Below are positions 10,097-18,930 of a stretch of 64,000 bases of DNA, one piece after another. Source of the stretch: Candidatus Kapaibacterium sp. (lineage in GTDB: Bacteria > Bacteroidota > Ignavibacteria > Kapaibacteriales > Kapaibacteriaceae); NCBI GenBank assembly GCA_018883125.1, contig VEQR01000005.1, positions 689-64,688 of the forward strand. Reading direction: 5' to 3'. The notes under the pieces are model-generated. The model worked only from the letters and a program-made list of their open reading frames with translations, ran no database searches and was not told where the DNA came from. Each line of letters begins with the position of its first letter. Position 1 is the stretch's first letter. The position numbers were made by a program, and so were the translations under genes.

Positions 10097-11444
10097 CTAC
10101 CTGGACGCGCATGTTCACAACGCGTTTATCGAGCAATGCCGGGAAGTAGGCAACCACATCGCTTGGCTTGGGGCGTCCACCGGAAAATCCGGTCACGCTT
10201 GGCGGTCCGGTAAGGATCAGTGGCGCGATCTCCTTGGCAAAGCCTTCAACCGAGCGCTTGTCGCGCCCACGAACGCCGATGCGCATCATCACTTCATTGG
10301 GAACGATTGGTGCTGCAATGGCACCGTGACAGGCATTCATGCCGACGTATTCAGTGCGCACCTCATCGAAGGAGAGCCCCAGCATGTCGAGTCGTTGACG
10401 GAGGATCTTGTCAGCGGCCTGTGCCTTTTCGTAGGCATCCGGAGCTGAATATGTTAGCGACCCAAAGGCAACATATCCATCGAGATAGGACGCGCTAACC
10501 TTGTAGGTTGGAGTATAGGGGCGTCCCTTTATACCGAACACCCGCACGCGATCGTTTCCGAGGTCTTCAAGATGGATCGACGAAAAGTCGGCAATACAGT
10601 CAGGGGTGATATAGGCCTCAGGATCGCCGATCTCGTACATCAGCTGTTCGCTTACCGTTTCGCGACTGACGAGTCCACCGGTACCTTCATGCTTTGTGAC
10701 AACAAAGCTTCCGTCAGGGTAGGCCTCGATGATCGGAAAACCAACATCGGCCATGTTGGGCAGCGATCTCCAGTCACCAAGAAAGTTGCCGCCGCTGGCC
10801 TGAGCACCGCATTCGTTGATATGTCCGGCAACCGTGCCGGCGGCCAAAAGATCCCAGTCTTGCTCGCCCCATCCAAACTCATGAATCATCGGAGCCAGCG
10901 TAAGCCCGGTGTCTGTTGTGCGTCCGGTGATGATGATCTGAGCCCCGGCACGCAGGGCTTCGACGACTGGCCATGCGCCGGTATAGACGTTGGCGCTAAG
11001 GAGCTTGTCTTTGACGCTGGCAATCGGTTCACCGGATTCCATGTGCCGAAGCTCGTGGCCCTCGGCAACCAGACGCTCAATGTCCGGAAGAATATCGTCG
11101 CCAAGTACAACGCCGATCTTGAGACCACTGATTCTCAGGCGCTTAGCTACCTCAAAGATGCGGTCGCGCGCCGCCAGCGGGTTCACGCCCCCACCATTGG
11201 TGATAAGCGTAATGCCCTTTTCGACAATTGTCGGGAGGATCTGCTCGCAGACGTCGATCAGGTCTTTTGCGTAGCCGAGCTCTGGATTACGCATCCGCTG
11301 CTTCTGCAGGATCGACATAGTAACCTCTGCCAGGTAGTCCATGACGAGGTAGTCGATCGGACCTCGGGTAACTTGTTCGTAGGGGGCTTTTTGGAGGTCG
11401 CCCCAGAATCCCTGACCGGAGGCAATTCGGATAGAAGGTTTCAT
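10086..11444 (-). CDS. Acyclic terpene utilisation AtuA-family protein (DUF1446)
   Basis: IRIASGQGFWGD...GPIDYLVMDYLAEVTMSIL is the characteristic DUF1446 N-terminus. The 452-aa length fits. Confidence 0.8.
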   Translation of the reverse strand: MKPSIRIASGQGFWGDLQKAPYEQVTRGPIDYLVMDYLAEVTMSILQKQRMRNPELGYAKDLIDVCEQILPTIVEKGITLITNGGGVNPLAARDRIFEVAKRLRISGLKIGVVLGDDILPDIERLVAEGHELRHMESGEPIASVKDKLLSANVYTGAWPVVEALRAGAQIIITGRTTDTGLTLAPMIHEFGWGEQDWDLLAAGTVAGHINECGAQASGGNFLGDWRSLPNMADVGFPIIEAYPDGSFVVTKHEGTGGLVSRETVSEQLMYEIGDPEAYITPDCIADFSSIHLEDLGNDRVRVFGIKGRPYTPTYKVSASYLDGYVAFGSLTYSAPDAYEKAQAADKILRQRLDMLGLSFDEVRTEYVGMNACHGAIAAPIVPNEVMMRIGVRGRDKRSVEGFAKEIAPLILTGPPSVTGFSGGRPKPSDVVAYFPALLDKRVVNMRVQVDEM

Positions 11445-11462
11445 GCGCTGATGGAGTGGGAG

Positions 11463-12029
11463 CTAGTCTTCAGAAACGCCAACGTGGCAAATGCGTGCCG
11501 TTGTGGACTGCCGCAAACGCGACTCAAGAATCGCCATGCGGAACGGGAAAATACGAAACGCTACGGCCTCCCCCTGCGAATGTGAAATCAGAACGGTAAT
11601 CCACAACCGGGAATCTTTGATCTCAACTCCTGTGATGTCGGAATACGGGATCACAATGGGTCCCTGCCGAACGATGGGACGGATCACAATACTCTGGGTT
11701 CGTAGCCGCGTGCGCTGGAAATACAATCGAAGGATGATCTGGGTCATCTGCACGCCCCCTACCAGAGGAAGAGCATATCGAAACACCGTCGGAGGCTCGG
11801 TTTTATAGCAGTAGAGTCCGGCGGCAACGGTTGCGGCTACTCCCAGCAGAGACAGCAGCATACCGGGGGCACTTACAAGCAGCAGCAGGTCCTCGCCACA
11901 CCGGCGCCGACGTAGTTCAAGGTCGTCGAGAACCTGTCGGAACGCTAGCGCTCCGAAGAGCAACACTGAAAAGGCAAAAGCAACATATGCCCCGTGCTGG
12001 AATACGGTCCAGGCGTCATACGGATTCAT
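11463..12029 (-). CDS. Hypothetical membrane protein (about 3 TM helices plus a soluble C-terminal domain)
   Basis: Hydrophobic helices include AYVAFAFSVLLFGALAF and MLLSLLGVAATVAAGLY. I placed the start at the ATG at 12029, which is preceded by AAGGTGG. The ORF-track start at 12044 is a TTG. Confidence 0.55.
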   Translation of the reverse strand: MNPYDAWTVFQHGAYVAFAFSVLLFGALAFRQVLDDLELRRRRCGEDLLLLVSAPGMLLSLLGVAATVAAGLYCYKTEPPTVFRYALPLVGGVQMTQIILRLYFQRTRLRTQSIVIRPIVRQGPIVIPYSDITGVEIKDSRLWITVLISHSQGEAVAFRIFPFRMAILESRLRQSTTARICHVGVSED

Positions 12030-12059
12030 GCACCACCTTGACAATTTTCTCCTGGTAGC

Positions 12060-13151
12060 ATGCAGGGATTTGCATCATATTTGTGCTTTCCTTTCCCATT
12101 TGAACACGATCCATCACATCCAGTGGATCAGCTCGCCCAACGATTACAGCAGGAACGCCTTCGCCGTGGCCTAACCATCTCCGAGCTCGCCCAGAGAACG
12201 AAGATACGGGAACCGTACATCCATGCTCTCGAGAGCGGCACATACAATGTGCTGCCTTCGGTTTACGTTCGATCGTTTGTGAAAACACTTGGAGCCGAGC
12301 TCGGAATTCCCGGCGTAGAACTCAACCGGCTGGTGTCGCAATGTATTGATGGCAATGATGCGCAGGCTACTACCCGTCAAAGGTCGCAAGCGGAAGTTCA
12401 CGATGTACCCAAAGGCGCAGGGCGCGCGCCGCAGACGGATCCGCTGGGACGATTGGTGGACGACCTTCGTTCGCGGGTGAAGACACAAGGTGCCGGACGT
12501 TCTCTTGCCGAAGTGTTTCGTGGTCGCCAGCGCGTCCTGATCATTGGCGCGGTCGTCATGATCATCGTGCTCGCTTTCTGGCTGACTCGCGGCCCTTCTG
12601 ATGCCGAACGCACAGACATCCCGCCTGAGATCATCGACGTTTCTGGTGGTGAACAGGACAGCTTGATTCTAACGGCTGTTACAACAGACACAGCTGAGCT
12701 GACGATCACTATGGATGGAGAGCGCAGCAGTAAGTTCATCATTTTGCCAGGCAGTGATTACCGTTGGAGCGCCATGAAGCGCTTTACCGTCAGCAACATC
12801 TTCAACGCCGGAGCAATCCAGTTTGCGCGCGATGGCAAGCCCCTTCCCATGTATGGGAAACCGGGCGAGGTCCTGCGTGAGCTGGTCATCAGCCGCACCG
12901 AAGTTGTTGCGTCAAACTCATCAAAGAAGATGATCACGGCACCGGCGGATCCGGAACGTGCACGTCGAGATTCGATCATCGAACAGCGACGGCGGGATTC
13001 GATCCGTGCCGTTCGTCGCAAGGAGCGCTCGCAAAGTCGCGAGCTGGTCAAGAAAAAGAAACCCACCGCCAAGCCGGAGCGGCCACGTCAACGCCGGGCA
13101 CGGGCCGAAGAGCCCCCTATCCTACGCACGCCACCACGCAGTGTGCGCTAG
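12060..13151 (+). CDS. RodZ-like protein with an XRE-type HTH, one TM helix, a DUF4115-like domain and an Arg/Lys-rich tail
   Basis: The HTH reads RGLTISELAQRTKIREPYIHALESG. The TM helix is VLIIGAVVMIIVLAFWL. The C-terminal region TAELTITMDGE...AGAIQFARDGKPL is DUF4115-like. The start is uncertain; the GTG at 12123 is possible. Confidence 0.7.
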   Translation: MQGFASYLCFPFPFEHDPSHPVDQLAQRLQQERLRRGLTISELAQRTKIREPYIHALESGTYNVLPSVYVRSFVKTLGAELGIPGVELNRLVSQCIDGNDAQATTRQRSQAEVHDVPKGAGRAPQTDPLGRLVDDLRSRVKTQGAGRSLAEVFRGRQRVLIIGAVVMIIVLAFWLTRGPSDAERTDIPPEIIDVSGGEQDSLILTAVTTDTAELTITMDGERSSKFIILPGSDYRWSAMKRFTVSNIFNAGAIQFARDGKPLPMYGKPGEVLRELVISRTEVVASNSSKKMITAPADPERARRDSIIEQRRRDSIRAVRRKERSQSRELVKKKKPTAKPERPRQRRARAEEPPILRTPPRSVR

Positions 13152-13165
13152 TGGAATCGGCGAAC

Positions 13166-16100
13166 CTATCGAATCAGTGACATCACTTTCGAGAAGACCC
13201 TGCCGCCGAGCGTAAGGCGTGCCACGTATGTGCCGCTCGGTGCCGCAGTTCCGTCCGATCGACGTCCGTCCCATTCCACTCGCGATGTCCCTGTGCGTGC
13301 AGGGGCGGCCTCGTCGACAAGCACGGCAACGTGCGCACCCATCAGGTCGATGATCTCGAAGCGGACGGGAACTGGATCTTGAACCACGTAGAGGAACACC
13401 GCCGGACCGGCTGAGGGATCCGGGAAGGGGCCTGATAACACGGACATTCGCGCACCGGGAATGCTCACATTAACGACATGCGAGTGTGATAGCGAACCGT
13501 CAATATCGACCTGCCGCAGCCGGTAGTCATACGTGCTTCCTTGCAGAACCTCACGGTCAGTGAATGAGTAATCACGAGTGACCTCGGAATTTCCCGCCCC
13601 CGCCAAGAATCCGATGGTCTGCCATGGCCTCAGCGTATCGGCTGCCCCATTCCCAGTGGCAACTGAATCCCGAGCCCCACCTGAACGGGCTGGATCACTG
13701 ACCAAGCGTCGCTCGATGAAGAACCCTGAGTTGTCCTGCTCGGTAGCAGTCTGCCAGAAGAGATCCACGGCGAGTTCACGCCCGCGCCCGTCGAAGTGGA
13801 CGAGCTCTATGGGGAAAAAATTATTGCAGTTTTGAGATGGTTCCGTTATGCCGAAATATGGTCTGAGAAGCGGAATCCAGGAGCCCCGAGTGAACGTCTC
13901 AAAGCCCCCAACAGTACCCTTGGCATCGAGATGTGGGAATAATGGAGCGTTATCGTTCGGTACAAACGGCTTCCAGTCTGCGCCATTTGCTGTGCCGCTG
14001 TAGGCAAACAAGGCATCATTTCGCACTTGTCCATTACGGAGCTGATATCTGAACCTCCGATCTACCAGCAGGCTAACCGAGCTATCACGAGGCGCTCCGG
14101 GTTCAGAAAAAAGCGTGGTAACCATTCCCATGGCGCCGGCAGATGCGCCAAGTTCGAATCCCTTGGGGCCGATTTGTCGAACCGATAACCAGTATCGCCC
14201 CCAATCGAGCCGAATCGTCTTAGGGAGTAAGTAGGTGCCATAGCGCCCGAAGTGCGGTCCTGAATCCTGGCTGAGATCATCTTCTCCGCGGTTGCGCACC
14301 ATCACCGAAGACGTCACAGGCTGTGAACCCGGAAAGCCATTAACATCGCGGTAAATAGCGAACTCGATCTGATCGGGGCTCTTGTTGCGCTCAGCCCAGA
14401 AGGCTTGATACCCCAGGATGTCTTCAGCCGGCATATCAAATCTCATGGCAATGCGTCCGCCCGGAGCGTTGAGACCCGCTCCGACGACTCCAGAGAACTC
14501 AGAAGACTCTACATCGTTCGTTGGATTCGCTGGATTATCCTCGTAGGCGATTGACGGGCCGAAGGGCAAGCGAAAGGTCCGGGTCAGTTCATTGTTCTCC
14601 TGATCAAGATCGTAATAGGCGGACAATCTAGCCCTGCCAACAACCATTCCGGATTCTACGCAGTGAAGGCTGAATGCACCATAAGGTATCAGTACCCTAC
14701 TCATGCGCGGTAGGAGAGGTATGGTCGAACTCCGATAATAAAGTGGCTGACCAGTAATCCCGTCTTCGATATCGAGATAAAGGCCGAAAGCAGGGGCTGT
14801 GTATATGCCATTGCAAACTAAGTGCGCTAAGGCGGTCATACCGCGAGCAAGTGTTATCGGAAACATCGAATACGGCTGACGCAACGATAGATTAGTCAAT
14901 TCGACATCAGATATCCAATCATCCGCGAGAATCTTTACGTTGTCGATATAGAAGTTATCCTCGTCGTCAACCGGGCCGGGTCTATCGGAATTCATGAGGC
15001 AGCTAGCACGCAACCGGAATCGGAAGCTGCGGGCTCCTTGTCCGACCCACTTCAGCACAGTATCTGGAATCGGTACGATGAGCTTGAAGAACTCCACATC
15101 CTTGCCATCATCGTAGAAATCCTCCCGAATGCCCCCTTTGTTGGGAAGTGAATTGTTCCGAAGCTGTTTGTTGTATTCTAATTCGTCAAATCCCCGAGCA
15201 TACCCTCCTCCGCCCCATATCTGAAACGGCTGCACATACTCGGTTTTCAGACCCTGATAGTCGAGCACCCACTCTTTGACGTTCGTAATGCCATTGACGC
15301 CATCATCCGATGGGCGAGCAAACTCAACGATCAGCTTATCAGGCTCGCGATATGTCGTCACGTACCCGTCTGCCTTCATCATACCCACTCGGTGCTCGGG
15401 CCCCAATAGGCGCAGATCGGAGAACCCCCTTGCGATGCTCGGCAGCTTTCCCGCTCGCTGATAGGAAATTGATAGCACAGGGCGCTTCCCAGCAGTGAGA
15501 TCGATCGGAAACGAACGGATCTCGTCGCCCCCCCACGCACCAGGCGCAGGGATCTCTGATCCGTCATGCGTAACACGATTCAGACGCAACACCGGTGAAC
15601 TGAGCCGAACCTCAGGGGCATTCTGTGCCTGATGTTCACCCATCGGAGGAAGCGGATTATGAGTGTTGAGTGCGCCGTCAACAACTTCCGCATGATGGTT
15701 CACCCACTTGAGAACTGACGGCACGGCTACACCGTTGATGACGTGGAACTCGCCCCCTTTGTCCGCGAAATCCAGCAGCCTGCGCATACTGAAGAGAGAT
15801 ACTCCAGATGTATCGTCGAAAGGCCACTGATCCCTGATTGGTTCGCCACTCGTAGTCAGTGCATCAACGATGATCCTGCACGTCAGCGGCCCGATGTTCT
15901 TGTCGATAAGAGGGTTGGGTTCGAACGGGGGGAATACCACCTTGATGAACTCATACGGTAGCACCGCCGTGCCAGGGGGCTGGAATGGATTGTTTCTTCC
16001 ACTTGCGTCACACCGAAACACCTGCGACAGATTGGTGTCGCGCAGAGCCGCATCAGTAACATCGCGAGTGCTTCGGTAGATGAGCTCACCCGTGACCTGG

Positions 16101-17728
16101 TTGATGAACTGGCACTGCACCCGCAGGTTCATACCATTGGTGATATAGTTTGCCCCCTGAGGCCCCTGTACATCATTGGCAAGGCGTTGCACGATGGCAA
16201 CCGGTTGCACCGCACCCAGCCGCTGATCGCCTGCAAGGATCTCATAGCCACGCACCGAGTCTGCCGAAACGACTCTGCTGAATGCTAAGCTCGCCTCCGA
16301 ACGGCGCTCTCGATTGCGATACGACATGCTTACGCAGCGTGCTACGTTTCGGTGCTGTTTGAAGCCGATCGCCAGAAAATCCTTCGGCACATCGCCGACC
16401 GTAGCGGCATCACCACCGGCACGCACGCCCCCTGCTGGATCCGTCGATACATTATACAGATACTCGGTGCTCTGCAGGTACTTTGGGACGCTGTAGTCAA
16501 GCTCTGTAGTTGTCGGCAGGGGGCTTGGAAATCCCGACCAGTTCAGGCGCCGCGACGGACCGGCAATGCCGATGGTGGAATTGCATCTGACCCATGTCGA
16601 GGCCGCAAGCGGATTGGGCGAGGCCGCAGGGGCCCCACCGTGAAACCGTTCGTAGTGGATCGTCACCGAACTGTCTTTTCGACAAAGAATCACCTGCATG
16701 GAAAATCGATAATGCTCACCCGACGTCGGGCGGTTGTCAGGAGCAAAGTCCACCGTCTGGAGTGTCTGATTTCGAACGCGTGCCTGCTTGGTACCGATCG
16801 GTGTGAGGTTCACGAAGTAGATCACCAGTGTGTCGTTTGAGGCAGAACGACGGAAGTAGACCCGCGAAAAGTCGTCGACAATTCCGGTCGATGGATCGCT
16901 GACGGACACCTGAAGATCGTCCCAGGCAGGGGCTATGATCTGCGGCAAGACGTTGCCCCAGATGCTGCTCAGGCCGGCCGAATCAAGCATGGAGTTTGTC
17001 CTAGACCGTATACCACTTTCCGGGTTCGATGGTTTTCCTCCGCAGGCAACCTGCTGCGAGCCCCAATCGTCTGCTGTCGCGTCTAGTAGCCCGTCACCGG
17101 AGCGCGTGCGTAGGTCGTCTGACTGCGGATCATACGCAGACATGGTACCTGGGATGACCTCGCGGCGTCTGCGCGAAATAGGAAATCCAAACTGGTCGAC
17201 ATCATAGAGGTAGCGCCGATTCGAGAGAGCAATCAGTCCATTGGTGGAGACGTAGAACGAATCCTGTCGCACACCATTGAAGAAAAAGGGGAATCCAATT
17301 GCGATTGGTCCGGCAAATGCATTGTCTGTTGAGTCCTGTTGATTGCCGGGATTACGGAAGAAGGCCCAACCGCCAAACTGATTCTGCCGTGGATCTGTCC
17401 AATACTGACTCGGCTTCTGATTCGGACCCGAGAGGATGCGAAACCACGAGCTTTGATTGAACAGCGTATCACGAAATGGTGTTGCTCGCGGTCGCCAAAG
17501 GTCAGGAGATCGGTCATCCGAATCGACGAAGTAATATCCGGTTGAAATTGCCGGATTTGTTCTCGGGTTCTGTCCCGCAACGGTAAACGGACGAGGCGTT
17601 GATGCTATGGGGCTCCCCATGGCACTTGATCGTTGCGTACGCTCGGCGTCCTTATCAGTACGAGACAGGACTGATACACTTGTAACGACCGTTAGTATGA
17701 TCGCAAAAGGAACGGAACGTTCTAACAT
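13166..17728 (-). CDS. Giant secreted T9SS cargo protein (paralog 1, ~1520 aa) of unknown function
   Basis: The ATG at 17728 is preceded by GAGGAGG and followed by a signal peptide (VPFAIILTVVTSVSVLS). The protein is colinear with 18931..23679 along its whole length. The C-terminus has an ELVHFDGRG...YRLRQVDIDG module followed by a T9SS-type CTD. Confidence 0.85.
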   Translation of the reverse strand: MLERSVPFAIILTVVTSVSVLSRTDKDAERTQRSSAMGSPIASTPRPFTVAGQNPRTNPAISTGYYFVDSDDRSPDLWRPRATPFRDTLFNQSSWFRILSGPNQKPSQYWTDPRQNQFGGWAFFRNPGNQQDSTDNAFAGPIAIGFPFFFNGVRQDSFYVSTNGLIALSNRRYLYDVDQFGFPISRRRREVIPGTMSAYDPQSDDLRTRSGDGLLDATADDWGSQQVACGGKPSNPESGIRSRTNSMLDSAGLSSIWGNVLPQIIAPAWDDLQVSVSDPSTGIVDDFSRVYFRRSASNDTLVIYFVNLTPIGTKQARVRNQTLQTVDFAPDNRPTSGEHYRFSMQVILCRKDSSVTIHYERFHGGAPAASPNPLAASTWVRCNSTIGIAGPSRRLNWSGFPSPLPTTTELDYSVPKYLQSTEYLYNVSTDPAGGVRAGGDAATVGDVPKDFLAIGFKQHRNVARCVSMSYRNRERRSEASLAFSRVVSADSVRGYEILAGDQRLGAVQPVAIVQRLANDVQGPQGANYITNGMNLRVQCQFINQVTGELIYRSTRDVTDAALRDTNLSQVFRCDASGRNNPFQPPGTAVLPYEFIKVVFPPFEPNPLIDKNIGPLTCRIIVDALTTSGEPIRDQWPFDDTSGVSLFSMRRLLDFADKGGEFHVINGVAVPSVLKWVNHHAEVVDGALNTHNPLPPMGEHQAQNAPEVRLSSPVLRLNRVTHDGSEIPAPGAWGGDEIRSFPIDLTAGKRPVLSISYQRAGKLPSIARGFSDLRLLGPEHRVGMMKADGYVTTYREPDKLIVEFARPSDDGVNGITNVKEWVLDYQGLKTEYVQPFQIWGGGGYARGFDELEYNKQLRNNSLPNKGGIREDFYDDGKDVEFFKLIVPIPDTVLKWVGQGARSFRFRLRASCLMNSDRPGPVDDEDNFYIDNVKILADDWISDVELTNLSLRQPYSMFPITLARGMTALAHLVCNGIYTAPAFGLYLDIEDGITGQPLYYRSSTIPLLPRMSRVLIPYGAFSLHCVESGMVVGRARLSAYYDLDQENNELTRTFRLPFGPSIAYEDNPANPTNDVESSEFSGVVGAGLNAPGGRIAMRFDMPAEDILGYQAFWAERNKSPDQIEFAIYRDVNGFPGSQPVTSSVMVRNRGEDDLSQDSGPHFGRYGTYLLPKTIRLDWGRYWLSVRQIGPKGFELGASAGAMGMVTTLFSEPGAPRDSSVSLLVDRRFRYQLRNGQVRNDALFAYSGTANGADWKPFVPNDNAPLFPHLDAKGTVGGFETFTRGSWIPLLRPYFGITEPSQNCNNFFPIELVHFDGRGRELAVDLFWQTATEQDNSGFFIERRLVSDPARSGGARDSVATGNGAADTLRPWQTIGFLAGAGNSEVTRDYSFTDREVLQGSTYDYRLRQVDIDGSLSHSHVVNVSIPGARMSVLSGPFPDPSAGPAVFLYVVQDPVPVRFEIIDLMGAHVAVLVDEAAPARTGTSRVEWDGRRSDGTAAPSGTYVARLTLGGRVFSKVMSLIR

Positions 17729-17814
17729 GACGTCCTCCTCTGATTTTTTTGAAAGATCGAGCACCTACATCGACAACGGCTATTGCATTTTTTCCGACGT
17801 CAATCTAACAATAC

Positions 17815-17843
17815 TTTACAATCTCCCAACTGACTTGTGTCAA
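17815..17843 (-). promoter_or_regulatory. Candidate sigma70-like promoter for giant paralog 1
   Basis: On the minus strand: TTGACA (17843..17838), a 17-nt spacer, then TGTAAA (17820..17815). It lies in the 138-nt gap between the kdsD stop and the ATG at 17728. This rests on motif match only. Confidence 0.3.
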
Positions 17844-17866
17844 TGACAAGCTAATCGTACATCGTT

Positions 17867-18853
17867 CTATCGAACGTCTGTTCCTGCAATCTGCGCACGT
17901 ACAACATCGTGGAGGCGGATCACACCAACGAGCGTTTGGCCGTCAACGACCGGCAGAACGCCGATCTGTCGTTGACCTGATTCCATCACGAGTAGAGCTT
18001 CATGAAGCGTTGCGCTTGGTGCAATTACCGTTGGTTGTGTTGTCATCACCGAGGTAATGGGGCCACTGGCTAGGTCAACACCTCTCTCGACCAGTCTGCG
18101 AACGTCACCATCCGTCAGGATACCACGGAGAATGTTTCCTTCGTCAACTACGCAAGCAATTCCAAGGGCATGACTGTCGAGTGCATGTATCGCCCCTTCA
18201 ATAGATTCATCAACAGAAACTACGGGTACCGATGAACCGCTATGCATACACTGGGCCACCGTCCGGGTGAGCAAGGAGCCAATCGTACCATTCGGATGTG
18301 TACGGGTCAGCACATCGACCGAATCGGGCATTCGGTGTGCAAGCGACATCAACAGAAGGTCGGCCATTACCAGTGCTGACGTTGTGCTTGCCGTCGGCAG
18401 CAGATTAGCTCGATCGTACTCACGAACAATAGGTGCTGCCAGCGCGACGTCTGCTCGCTCGGAAATCGGGCTCGGTTGCATTGAAGTGATACTCACAATC
18501 ACAACACCCTCACGACGTACAATTTCAATGAGATTCAACAGCTCCGTCGTCTGTCCACTTTTGGAGAATAGGACCAGCACCGAAAGCGGACGCACTAGAC
18601 CAATGTCACCATGCAGTGCGTCCGTACTGTGCATGAAGCGCGCTGGAAAGCCTAGGCTCATCAAAGACGCCGCAAATTTCTGCGCAACAAAACCCGACTT
18701 TCCAACGCCGGATGCAATGATTGAGGGTGCATTCGAAAGAACGTCAACGGCCCTTTCAAAGCGCTCATCGATCTGGCTCTCTAGCATATCAAGGGCACGA
18801 CGCTGAAGCCTAATTGCTTCGGCGACATCTTCTAGGAGGGGGCTGGTCTTCAT
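17867..18853 (-). CDS. kdsD: KpsF/GutQ-family arabinose-5-phosphate isomerase (SIS domain plus CBS pair)
   Basis: The SIS motifs are ASGVGKSGFVAQKFAASL and FSKSGQTTEL. The C-terminal half is a CBS pair (...GILTDGDVRR... VGVIRLHDV). Confidence 0.85.
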   Translation of the reverse strand: MKTSPLLEDVAEAIRLQRRALDMLESQIDERFERAVDVLSNAPSIIASGVGKSGFVAQKFAASLMSLGFPARFMHSTDALHGDIGLVRPLSVLVLFSKSGQTTELLNLIEIVRREGVVIVSITSMQPSPISERADVALAAPIVREYDRANLLPTASTTSALVMADLLLMSLAHRMPDSVDVLTRTHPNGTIGSLLTRTVAQCMHSGSSVPVVSVDESIEGAIHALDSHALGIACVVDEGNILRGILTDGDVRRLVERGVDLASGPITSVMTTQPTVIAPSATLHEALLVMESGQRQIGVLPVVDGQTLVGVIRLHDVVRAQIAGTDVR

Positions 18854-18870
18854 ATTCTGCGAATATCCGT

Positions 18871-18911
18871 AGAAAAAGAAAAGCCCCTGACACCGATGCG
18901 TCAGGGGCTTT
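18871..18911 (-). terminator. Rho-independent terminator downstream of giant paralog 2
   Basis: A perfect 11-bp stem pairs AAGCCCCTGAC (18881..18891) with GTCAGGGGCTT (18900..18910) around an 8-nt loop. On the minus strand it is followed by TTTCTTTTTCT (18881..18871). Confidence 0.7.
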
Positions 18912-18930
18912 ATGATTTCTTTGCGAGTGA

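Noticed and set aside
10572-11585. 337-aa plus-strand ORF antisense to the AtuA-family gene
   Set aside because: It is a shadow ORF of a well-supported gene, with no motif, no SD and no independent intergenic context.
14148-14166. tRNA T-arm-like string CCAAGTTCGAATCCCTTGG (contains GTTCGAATC)
   Set aside because: It lies inside the conserved coding frame of giant paralog 1. I could not build flanking acceptor, D or anticodon arms, and the loop and stem geometry does not fit a 5-bp/7-nt T-arm.
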